Source of the DNA: Mizuhopecten yessoensis
Lineage: Eukaryota
Direction: 5' to 3'
DNA length: 64,000 nt
Assembly (NCBI RefSeq): GCF_002113885.1
Contig: NW_018403589.1
Coordinates: forward strand, 1,494,813 to 1,558,812
Of the stretch, positions 53,229 to 64,000 are shown in pieces. Each line of letters begins with the position of its first letter. The first letter of the stretch is position 1. Both the position numbers and the translations under genes were made by a program. Under the pieces are notes generated by a model. That model saw only the letters and a list, made by a program, of their open reading frames with translations, was not told the origin of the DNA and searched no databases.

Positions 53229-54474
53229 CATCCACGTGCATTTTGAACTTCAGATATAATAATATGTTTTGAGACATCAACTAAACATTATGGCTCTTAA
53301 AGAGGAGGCCTCCACGTGGCAAGAGCTGGTAACGATGTATACAGGTTTTAAAGGAAAAAAAACTGTATGCATCGGCTAACTTCCTCATTAATCATATAAA
53401 AAAATAATTCCAATAATTAAATCTAATTAAATAATGTCAGTGTTTCAGATTACACACAAAATGATAACTATCTTACGCGACGTATATAACAGATTACAAT
53501 AGTACAGGTTACCTCCCCTTGTGGAACTCGCGACTGAGACAAGGAAATGCAGAAAGGAATTTATTAATTTAAAGATATATGTTCAGAGGTGTATATATAA
53601 ATGAAACCCAAATAAAGGGATTATTATAACATTATTACATAGGGCCGATTTTACCTTGGGCCGATTTCACTTGGGTAAATCGAGGCCGTTTTTACCTTGG
53701 GCCGATATAACCATAAATCGCCTTATACAAGTGTCAGCTGTGGGGAATTTGGAGTCTTAATTGACAACGAAGGGGTCGCAGGTTCGAGCCCCTGCGACGG
53801 CACTATCTTTATCACTAATCCTCGTCTAGTACTAATATGAATAACTTGCTTATATATAAATTGTCTCGTCACAATCTACATTATCGCAACTACTCGTCCT
53901 ATTACATAATATTTAAATCTAATTATTTCTGTTCACGGTGGTATTTAAATAAAAATATGCATGTAAGAGGGCACACATCAGTGACATGTCTATGACAGTC
54001 AGCAGTAATTTCAACTTTTTCCTTCCGATATGAGTACGAAATCATGGCTGCATTTATGGGTACGGAAACCGATGACACGAGGATACTTAAATTAATAAAC
54101 ACTCAAATACATGTATTGGTCCCAATATAGACACCAGATTAAACACAAATTTCATTTTTTTCCGGGGATGGGAAGAGGGGTGTGGGTGAGGATAGATGAT
54201 CAAAATTGCATGCACATCGTTAACAATCAAACTAATTAAGCGCCTGGTAAATCTGCTCAAATTATGAGCATGGTGCAATATCACATAGGCCTATACGATA
54301 ACGTGCGTTATTATGATCCCCATCGCTCATGAAGGTTAATATTCACAACGTTTTATGTACAGTAGTAGGCTTGATTTCTATTGATATTCTTTAACAGACT
54401 ACAATATAAAGTTCCTCTTCCTCTACTTTGTCCAACATTATATAGTTTGACACTGAAATATCACATCATCTTAC

Positions 54475-54699
54475 CCTGGTTAGATGGGCTTACTCCACAT
54501 GTACATGACCACAACAAGATTACCGCGCACCTGTTCGAATTGGAAATATAAAGTCTCGAGGTGTTCCGAAAATACTATAACAGTATCCGAATTAATTCTC
54601 GCGAGAACTTGTTGCTACAGGCATGGCGGATTGTATACAAATGGAGTCCTAACGTATTACCATACTCACTACCCGAAAACCATCAAACATTAGTAACAT
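54475..54699. promoter_or_regulatory. Candidate bidirectional promoter shared by TTF1 (-) and CFAP74 (+)
   Basis: Minus-strand donor CAGG|GTAAGA at 54474 and plus-strand donor CAT|GTAAGT at 54700 face outward; between them the palindrome TTCTCGCGAGAA (54596-54607), ATGGCGG (YY1-like) and X-box half sites GTTGCTA / TAGTAAC. Confidence 0.6.
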
Positions 54700-55159
54700 G
54701 TAAGTTTTGTGTATGTAGTTTCGGAAAATGTAGTCAGTTGATGCAGAAACATGAACAAACAAAACCACTATTTCTTGCCTATTTTTAGGCCGGTTACAGT
54801 GACTGGAGAGGACTTCGAAGCAAAATAAGATAATCAGCAGTGATAAATCTTCACACACAAATTTATTCTGACAATATAAGAAAACTATGATGAATTACGA
54901 TCCTTTGATGGTCAGATCGTTACATGATTATAGTTATAGTTCGGAGGCCATTTTTTCATTGATTTTTTTTTTTTTTTACGGTTGATTTTCCAGTTTTCAT
55001 CTAATTGAATTCGTACTCAACTTGTTTAACCATCATTGCTTTTACTACAATCTAGTCCAGAGTCTTATACTTACAGAATTTTTATGAAACAGAATTTAAC
55101 ATGCTGGTACCCATATTTTTTTGACACAACAGCGATAAAGAGCACATAAACTCTTCTAT

Positions 55160-55265
55160 GACCAAGTCTATTTGCAAATGACACCAAATTATCACCAAGA
55201 AATTAAAGGACAAAACAATTTAGAATGCATGGAGGAGTGGAGCAGAAAATGGCTACTACAATTCT
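55160..55265 (+). mobile_element. Tiny decayed CR1-like RT fragment
   Basis: LFANDTKL (FADDTKL-like) followed after a frameshift by NLECMEEWSRKWLLQF. Confidence 0.55.
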
Positions 55266-55930
55266 TCATCTTCACCTTGAAATCTTCCTCCGTCATTGAC
55301 GATTACAAAATGATATGGTCTTATGCACTAGTGTTGTTATGTACAGTGTTTTTCTATTCTATTAAACCCACAAAAATGCAAACACCTGCCAACCTGCCAT
55401 ATATGAGTAATACAACAAAGGAATAATTCCCATCATACTCCATCAATACTAATCTCAAACCTAAACAGAAGGATGTAATTTGTTGGCATCACTTCAGATT
55501 CTAACCTTTCATTTGAAGATCATGTAAGTGCATGTTGGTTATGCTGAGGAGAACATTCAAGTACACGGAATATGTACGCAGATAGTCTGTGTTTCTTATT
55601 CCTAAAAAAAAACCACTGGTCAGGATGTACTCACCTGGTCTTTGCGGGCTCTGTTTGGTACATGTAATTTGAAAATTAAGTGCATAGAAAAGGTGGATAG
55701 TTTTAGAGAAAGTCAGTGAAAAACTTACCTCAGGGGTGAACTTAGGAAGGATTTTACATACAGAGAAAGATATCGGACAAAACTTTACCTCACTGTGAGT
55801 TGTACATATGGAAAACTTACCAGAGAGCATAGTGACATCACCAGATATACAAATGTACACTAAAGAATGAGATATAAACATGTTAAAAAGTACACAGGAT
55901 ATCATTGGGCTTCATGGACTATATATATAA

Positions 55931-56520
55931 TTGGATCAGTACCCAAATCGGATCCTCTTTTGCAAGAATACTTATAAATAAATAAATGTGTCGACAAATC
56001 AGTTATAACAATGATGTAGTCTTAGATTAGATAGCCATGCACTATTTTTTGTCTACAGATGATTAGTTTTTCAGTTCAAATAGCAAAAGAAAACGTAATT
56101 CAAACTCAAATGTCAGTGTTTTGATTATGTTTTTAAAAAATGGGGCGTGCAATGACTCTGCATTCTGGTTTGGACTATAGGAAGCAATTCACACTATAGA
56201 AATACTTATTGTCACATAAATTCTTAAGGTCATCATAAAATGTGGTAATATGCTGACAAAAAAATATTCATTTGAAGCGTAAGATACTGCAAAATTCAAG
56301 CCTTGATCCAATTTGGGTCCTGACATTCGCAAAAACCGGAGACGCTGATTGGTGACTTTGGAGCCTCAAGTGAGCCCCGGGTGTTAATTTTGTTTGTAAG
56401 AACACCCTTCAATATTCTACCTTTAATTTGATACAACCATAAATGAATATAATTCCTCCTCAAATTTTTCAATGATTTGATAAAATGATGGTTTGGTGAT
56501 CCGATTTGGGTACTGTCACC
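55931..56520. mobile_element. MITE, possibly PIF/Harbinger-type
   Basis: Inverted CAGTACCCAAATCGGATC / GATCCGATTTGGGTACTG near both ends; flanks TAA and TTA; internal degenerate copy of the TIR near 56305. Confidence 0.7.
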
Positions 56521-56664
56521 TTATGTATATATCTGAAATTTATCAATAACTAGAGATGTGGTAAAACCTATGAGCATTAAATACTTACTTTATGAATTTT
56601 TTATTTTTTATTTTGAGCTCTTATCTTTCCTTCAGCTGTTCATGTCAGTAGATTGCTTCTCTAG

Positions 56665-56856
56665 GTATTCCGTCTTTTCGTATTGCAGAGTTATCTGCTC
56701 TTGTGAGCAGGTATTGAATGTTACGTCATTAGTTTGTGTGAGAAAATCATGTCGTTTTCTCAAAAATCTATGAGGTTACTCTTACAAACAAATGACGTAA
56801 CAATCAATACCTGCTCACAAGAGCAGATAACTCTGCAAAACGAAAAGACAGAATAC
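56665..56856. mobile_element. Palindromic MITE, 192 bp
   Basis: ~80-bp arms GTATTCCGTCTTTTCGTATTGCAGAGTTATCTGCTCTTGTGAGCAGGTATTGA.TGTTACGTCATT and its near-perfect inverse. Confidence 0.9.
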
Positions 56857-57501
56857 ATAATCGAGATTGAAAAACAGTTAAAGAAAGTTCAAGATGTATG
56901 TTAACATTCTAAATCTATTGTATCCAAGTATTGGTGACCTCTTCTATTGATTTCCATATATAATATTTGCAGTATTGAAGTGTCTGTATCATCAGTATAC
57001 ACCTAAATATTATTATTTGCTTCTTGAAATGACTCGCATAAGGAAGATAGCAGGAGAAGACACTGCAAACAGAATCATTTGCATTTAATGTTCATATCAA
57101 GTTGTAGCACAAACTAATGTAAATATATACATGCATGAAATATGTCTCAAGGGACCTATTCTATGACCTAAATATAAGATTTATTTTATGATAATCTCTT
57201 ATAACATACATGTTTGATATCACAGATATGTAGGACATATTAAATGTAAACTAAAAGTAGGAGCTGAATGAACTCATATTCACCCCTGGAATTTCATGAC
57301 CTTTGAATTGGAAGAGTTAAATTGTGTCTTCAGGGGTGAATATGTTAAATGTATTCTGTAGAACATTTTTTTTTTTTCATTAATACAATTCAGTATGACA
57401 TTTTGTTTACCCATTGATGAGAAGTTAACACATACATTGCTATGACAACAATGTATTTTACTGTTATGTTTCTTCGTCAGCTGAACAACAGAAGTAGTAA
57501 G

Positions 57502-60500
57502 ATGGAGGAGCAGACGTATGGTGAGATGTACGGGGGAGAAGAGTACGTGGGAGTGATGGCAGGGGACGACTTCGACGATAATGGTATAATAGACTGTGAC
57601 GACGGTGACGATGACGATGGTATGCTGGACCTGGGATCAGAGGAAGAGGAATCGGTAATCGAGTAAGTTTTTCAGTAATAAAATTGATACTTTTCAAATG
57701 TAAGAAAGTGTCACAAAAAACGATACTTAAAACAGTCTTCCTTGGTTACCCAAATAAGTTCCACTTTTTCTGGTCTTGGTTGACTTCGAAAAATCTTTAA
57801 ATATATTACCATTTACAGCTAGTGTACTTGCTAAACATATCTATACTAGAGACAATAATTTGTGATAAAATTGTATTTGTATTTTTGAAATTTATAAATA
57901 TTGGTAAAAATTCGAAAACATGGTGTTACATGTAGTATAATAAGACTATATTTGTAATGCAGAGAGCCAACTGTGTCTGTGCCGGAGGTGGACACCATAT
58001 CTAAACAGGAACAGTTACGTATGATCCACCTGAGGAGTCACCTCAACCAGCTCACGGAAACCGTGAAGCACCACCGATATCTTACAGAGAAAACCAGGTA
58101 TTTTATATACTTCGAACGGGAGGTAGATATTTTCTACTGCAATACCAGTTAGACGATTGATATTTTATCCTACAAATAAACAATATTTTATGCTACAAAT
58201 AGACAATTGATATTTTATACTACAAATAGAAGATTGATATTTTATACTACAAATAGACAATTGATATTTTATGCTACAGATAGACGATTGATATTTTATG
58301 CTACAAATAGAAGATTGATATTTTATACTACAAATAGACGATTGATATTTTATGCTACAAATAGACGATTGATATTTTATGCTACAAATAGACGATTGAT
58401 ATTTTATGCTACAAATAGACGATTGATATTTTATGCTACAGATAGACGATTGATATTTTATACTACAAATAGATGCTATATATTTAAATATACAAATAGA
58501 TGTAGATATATTGCATATCACAATTTTTTATTTTTTTATTTTTTTAAACAAATAGAGGATAAAGTAGCAACTACCTATTTAAGTGCCACTTATATTATTT
58601 TTTGCCAAGTTTATCAGTAGGTTGTAAATGTTGAGCACAAAAAATTTCCAATGACAATCTTGGAAGGTTTGTAAGTGAGAGAATGTATGATTTTTTTTAA
58701 AGAAAAATGGTTGACAGATTGGAGAGTGGGAATAAACCAATCCCTCTCTTTTTGACGTTTTTTTCTTCCATTGAATGTAACATTTTTTCATAGGGAGGAG
58801 CAGAAACAGTGTCGTAATAAAATTGAGACACTTGAGGCGGAGAGAGACCAGGTCTTCAATGAGATACAGGGTGCCGAGTCTGACAACAACACGTATGTAT
58901 ATATATACACTCATACTCAGTAACTTTAGCTGTTCATTACTGTTTCTTACTACAGTCAGAATAAAGGCTGTGTATCTGTATGTTACAATAGAAACATGTT
59001 TGTTAACACAATAGGTTGTATATAACAATAGAAACATGTTTGTTAACGCAATAAGTTGTACATAACAATAGAAACATGTTTGTTAACACAATAGGTTGTA
59101 TATAACAATAGAAACATGTTTGTTAACCCAATAAGTTGTATATAACAATAGAAACATGTTCGTTAACACAATAAGTTGTACATAACAATAGAAACATGTT
59201 TGTTACCACAATAAGTTGTACATAACAATAGAAACATGTGTGTTAACACAATAAGTTGTACATAACAATAGAAGCATGTTTGTTAACACAATAAGTTGTA
59301 CATAACAAACATGTTTGTTAACACAATAAGTTGTACATAAAAATAGAAACATGTTTGTTAACACAATAAGTTGTGCATAACAATAGAAACATGTTTGTTA
59401 ACACAATAATTTGTACATAACAATAGAAACATGTTTGTTAACAAAATAAGTTGTACATAACAATAGAAACATGTTTGTTAACAAAATAAGTTGTACATAA
59501 CAATAGAAACATGTTTGTTAACAAAATAAGTTGTACATAACAATAGAAACATGTTTGTTAACACAATAAATTGTATATAACAATAGAAACATGTTCGTTA
59601 ACACAATAAGTTGAATATAACAATAAGTTGTATATAACAATAGAAACATGTTTTTTAACACAATAAGTTGTACATAACAATAGAAGCATGTTTGTTAACA
59701 CAATAAGTTGTACATAAAAATAGAAACATGTTTGTTAACACAATAAGTTGTGCATAACAATAGAAACATGTTTGTTAACACAATAATTTGTACATAACAA
59801 TAGAAACATGTTTGTTAACACAATAGGTTGTATATAACAATAGAAACATGTTTGTTAACCCAATAAGTTGTATATAACAATAGAAACATGTTCGTTAACA
59901 CAATAAGTTGTATATAACAATAGAAACATGTTTGTTAACCCAATAAGTTGTATATAACAATAGAAACATGTTTTTTAACACAATAAGTTGTACATAACAA
60001 TAGAAGCATGTTTGTTAACACAATAAGTTGTACATAACAAACATGTTTGTTAACACAATAAGTTGTACATAACAATAGAAACATGTTCGTTAACACAATA
60101 AGTTGTATATAACAATAGAAACATGTCCGTTAACACAATAAGTTGTATATAACAATAGAAACATGTTTTTTAACACAATAAGTTGTACATAACAATAGAA
60201 ACATGTTCTTTAACACAATAAGTTGTATATATACAATAGAAACATGTTCGTTAACACAATAAGTTGTATATGTTGCAGCTCGGCCCTGTATCGCCTGAGG
60301 TCTCAACATGAGAGGATATGTACTGAGATAGAAAATGAACAGAAGCTGGAGACCCTGATATCAGAGCGTCTGGAGAAAGAGGAGTAAGTTAGAACATGAC
60401 TTTAAGCAGTGTGAATTAAAGTAAATTGTACTGAAGGTTAAGTATCATATGAACATGTAGGTATTCTACACACCGATGCTTTCTTTATATGCTGCAGACC

Positions 60501-61463
60501 TTGTTTTTTTCTGTAATAGAGAACTATGAAAGTTATGTGTTTTTACATTCATCAACAATAAAGGTATCCTCCTTCTGTATTAACAAAGAGAACCATGGTG
60601 TATTAATTTAACAATCAAACTCAAATAAAGTATTTTGTAATTACCAGATATAACATAAACCTGGGTATAAACTTTAGTTTTATGTATGTTATATACTTAA
60701 TAAAGAAAAACACAACACATGAAGGAAAACTATGATTTTTTTTTCTTCTGACCTTAAACTCACGATCTACTAAGAATTGTCAATGTTTTTGTTTAGATAG
60801 ATGTGTTGAATTACAATTGACCAAAAAGGATAAGTTTGAGAAATTTTCAAACATCTTCTAAATAAATTCATTATTTACTCAATACAAGTTATATCTTTTA
60901 ATTGTTGATAAACTTGCTGTTTAGGTATGAGCTAGCTAAGGTTGACGTGGAAAGAGGCAAGTTTTTGCTCCGTGAGGATGAACTCATTAAACGTGAACAA
61001 CAGCTGGCCACAGAGAAGACTGATATGGCGCTGGCTCGTCTTCGCAAGGAAGAAATGAAAGCTAGGAAAGGGGAGGAGATTCTCCGCAAGCGGGAAAGGT
61101 TCGAGATATTATTAATATAGCATTGAGATTGTGGGGAAAAAATTGGAGTTTTAACTTTGTAACTAATTTCAAGGTTAATTCAATGAAAACTGTTAGTTTC
61201 ATTTCTGACATTGAATGAATTTTTTTATCAGCTTTTAGTGCAGACTTTTATTAACTTGACATTTTGTCATTTCTTTATTATTTTGATAATAAATTTAGCA
61301 CTTTGAAGATAATCACCATAATAGTATGATGCTAAAACATTGATTATTTTAGGAACTACGTGGAAGCAGTAACGGCGCAGCAAAAACAACAGCAGCATTG
61401 TCTGGAAAACGCCCAGAAAAGTCATGAAAAACACAGAAAATACCTGAATGATACTGTGGCTAA
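57502..61463 (+). CDS. CFAP74: Cilia- and flagella-associated protein 74, first six coding exons (gene continues beyond the window)
   Basis: Exons 57502-57662, 57963-58097, 58794-58892, 60279-60383, 60925-61098, 61353-61463, all phase-2 GT-AG introns. Acidic N-terminus then coiled coil RMIHLRSHLNQL..LTEKTREEQKQCR..EIQGAESDNNTSALYRL..EIENEQKLE..LENAQKSHEK..YLNDTVAK, colinear with the vertebrate CFAP74 N-terminus as recalled (FHLRQNL..TEKMRGELRACR..AAVGRL..ELENERDL..LEDARKNHK). Confidence 0.85.
58148..58500. repeat. 27-bp minisatellite in CFAP74 intron
   Basis: Unit TAGACGATTGATATTTTATGCTACAAA, ~12 copies. Confidence 0.95.
58982..60270. repeat. 40-bp satellite in CFAP74 intron, ~32 copies
   Basis: Unit TAACAATAGAAACATGTTTGTTAACACAATAAGTTGTACA. 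Confidence 0.97.
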
Positions 61464-61503
61464 GTAAGTTGTTATGCTAGTGGTTAACATCACATGGTGA
61501 ATC

Positions 61504-63441
61504 CTTGGTATAATGTTAGTTTGTCACTATACACGGAGACCTTGGTCTAATATTAGTTTGTCCCTATACACGGAGACCTTGGTATAATGTTAGATTGTCA
61601 CTATACACGGAGACCTTGGTATAATGTTAGATTGTCACTATACACGGAGACCTTGGTATAATGTTAGTTTGTCACTGTACACGGAGACCTTGGTATAATA
61701 TTAGTTTGTCCCTATACATGGAGACCTTGGTATAATGTTAGTTTGTCACTATACACGGAGACCTTGGTATAATGTTAGTTTGTCACTATACACGGAGACC
61801 TTGGTATAATGTTAGTTTGTCACTATACACGGAGACCTTGGTATAATGTTAGTTTGTCACTATACACGGAGACCTTGGTATAATGTTAGTTTGTCACTAT
61901 ACACGGAGACCTTGGTATAATGTTAGTTTGTCACTATACACGGAGACCTTGGTATAATGTTAGTTTGTCACTATACACGGAGACCTTGGTATAATGTTAG
62001 TTTGTCACTATACACGGAGACCTTGGTATAATGTTAGTTTGTCACTATACACGGAGACCTTGGTATAATGTTAGTTTGTCACTATACACGGAGACCTTGG
62101 TATAATGTTAGTTTGTCACTATACACGGAGACCTTGGTATAATGTTAGTTTGTCACTATACACGGAGACCTTGGTATAATGTTAGTTTGTCACTATACAC
62201 GGAGACCTTGGTATAATGTTAGTTTGTCACTATACACGGAGACCTTGGTATAATGTTAGTTTGTCACTATACACGGAGACCTTGGTATAATGTTAGTTTG
62301 TCACTATACACGGAGACCTTGGTATAATGTTAGTTTGTCACTATACACGGAGACCTTGGTATAATGTTAGTTTGTCACTATACACGGAGACCTTGGTATA
62401 ATGTTAGTTTGTCACTATACACGGAGACCTTGGTATAATGTTAGTTTGTCACTATACACGGAGACCTTGGTATAATGTTAGTTTGTCACTATACACGGAG
62501 ACCTTGGTATAATGTTAGTTTGTCACTATACACGGAGACCTTGGTATAATGTTAGTTTGTCACTATACACGGAGACCTTGGTATAATGTTAGTTTGTCAC
62601 TATACACGGAGACCTTGGTATAATGTTAGTTTGTCACTATACACGGAGACCTTGGTATAATGTTAGTTTGTCACTATACACGGAGACCTTGGTATAATGT
62701 TAGTTTGTCCCTATATACGGAGACCTTGGTATAATGTTAGTTTGTCACTATACACAGAGACCTTGGTACAATATTAGTTTGTCACTATACACGGAGACCT
62801 TGATATAATGTTAGTTTGTCACTGTACACGGAGACAATGGAATAATATTAGTTTGTCACTATACACGGAGACCTTGGTACGATGTTAGTTTGTCACTATA
62901 CACGGAGACCTTGGTACAATGATAGTTTGTCACTATACACGGAGACCTTGGTACAATGTTAGTTTGTAACTATACACGGAGACCTTGGTATGATGTTAGT
63001 TTGTCACTATACACGGAGTCCTTGGTACGATGTTAGTTTGTCACTATACACGGAGACCTTTGTATAATGTTAGTTTGTCACTCTACACGGAGACCTTGGT
63101 ATAATGTTATTGTGTCGCTATACGTGGAGACCTTGGTATAATGTTAGTTTTTCACTATACAAGGAGACCTTGGTATAATGTTAGTTTTTCACTATACAAG
63201 GAGACCTTGGTATAATGTTAGTTTGTAACTATACACGGAGACCTTGGTATGATGTTAGTTTGTCACTATACACGGAGACCTTGATACAATTTTAGTTTGT
63301 CACTATACACGGAGTCCTTGGTACGATGTTAGTTTGTCACTATACACGGAGTCCTTGGTATAATGTTAGTTTGTCACACTACACGGAGACCTTGGTATAA
63401 TGTTAGTTTGTCACTATACACGGAGACCTTGGTATAATGTT
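61504..63441. repeat. 37-bp satellite in CFAP74 intron, ~52 copies
   Basis: Unit TTGGTATAATGTTAGTTTGTCACTATACACGGAGACC; identical units in the centre, variants at the edges. Confidence 0.98.
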
Positions 63442-63631
63442 AATGCCCCTCATATCATTCACAATTTACTTATGGTCAATAATGTATATCTTCCAGGCAT
63501 CTTTTTCTTTTGAATTCCTTTATACATTTCCCTCAATATATCAACAAACCTTGTTGTAGCGCCAACTTTTGCAGGACAAATGGTGGAGTATAAAATGATT
63601 CTACTGTATAAACTTTCAAAACTAAAACATT

Positions 63632-63853
63632 TATTGTGAAATCACTGATTTTCGTGGGATTTTTTATTTCATTGATTTCGTGGGTAATCTTCATCCACAA
63701 ATTCATATGTCCACGAAGTAATTACAAGTTTGATAGAAAGTAATTTCTGTTTGAGTGGGTACTTGTTATCCATGAATTTATTTGCCATCGAAATGATGTT
63801 TTGTCGGGAAACCATGAAAGTTGGGCCCCACGAAAATATCTGATTTCACAGTA
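63632..63853. mobile_element. MITE (TACTGT...ACAGTA type)
   Basis: TIRs TATTGTGAAATCACTGATTTTCGTGGG / CCCACGAAAATATCTGATTTCACAGTA; related to 39116-39336. Confidence 0.8.
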
Positions 63854-64000
63854 TTAATAGTCTTTGTGTAGACTAAGGGTTGATTCGCAATAATAAATCT
63901 AATGTCTGATCTGTCCTTAGGACTGTTGAAGTGTTCTGACCGAGTGATGTCATTGTAATAAGAAATCTTAGATGGCCACCAAGGGTTCAAATCTACAATA

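Larger units (their letters stand above)
49747..53719 (+). mobile_element. Mutator-like (MULE) DNA transposon, 3973 bp
   Basis: Perfect 9-bp TSD GCCTTATAC (49738-49746, 53720-53728); ~85-bp TIRs G..TTTGGTTATATCGGCCCAAGGTAA...TTTACCCAAGTGAAATCGGCCCAAG.TAAAATCGGCCCTA; internal spliced transposase remnants. Confidence 0.95.
49459..53833 (+). mobile_element. TRIM (miniature LTR retrotransposon) with tRNA-like LTRs, Helenus-like; 3' LTR interrupted by a MULE
   Basis: LTR1 49459-49613 (TG...TACA); PBS TGGTGCTGTTGACCC 49617-49631; PPT GAAAAGGAGGGAATAG 49696-49711; LTR2 49712-49746 + 53729-53833; both LTRs share ATGTGCAT.GATTAGGTTGCCTTA..CAAG.GTCA.CTGT and GGGT.GCAGGTTC.AGCCCC; AATA flanks both ends. 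Confidence 0.78.

Noticed and set aside
61504-63441. CRISPR-like appearance of the 26-40-bp arrays
   Set aside because: Units are head-to-tail with no unique spacers, there are no cas genes, and the context is eukaryotic introns.

Overview
AT-rich eukaryotic (intron-containing) genomic DNA, most likely a mollusc/bivalve judging by the repeat families; no prokaryotic features. Three host genes can be assembled by hand from GT-AG exons with consistent phases: (1) + strand 30176-37908, a secreted copper type II ascorbate-dependent monooxygenase (DBH/TBH/MOXD1 family) with all CuH/CuM ligands but no DOMON domain; (2) - strand 48443-42500, TTF1-like Myb-repeat RNA polymerase I termination factor (500 aa); (3) + strand 57502-61463 and beyond, the 5' part of CFAP74. 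TTF1 and CFAP74 are head-to-head around ~54475-54700. The most unusual structure is a nest in TTF1 intron 1: a miniature LTR element whose LTRs carry a tRNA-like Pol III promoter (TRIM with PBS, PPT and a 4-bp TSD candidate), with a 4-kb intron-containing PHD/FLYWCH Mutator (MULE) element inserted in its second LTR (9-bp TSD). A second oddity is a 68-bp minisatellite amplified from the copper-ligand exon and its splice donor in the monooxygenase gene. The rest is about 14 unrelated tandem arrays, several MITEs, a tRNA-headed SINE and LINE/Penelope fragments. All calls come from reading the sequence and recalled family motifs; no searches were run and gene models lack transcript evidence.
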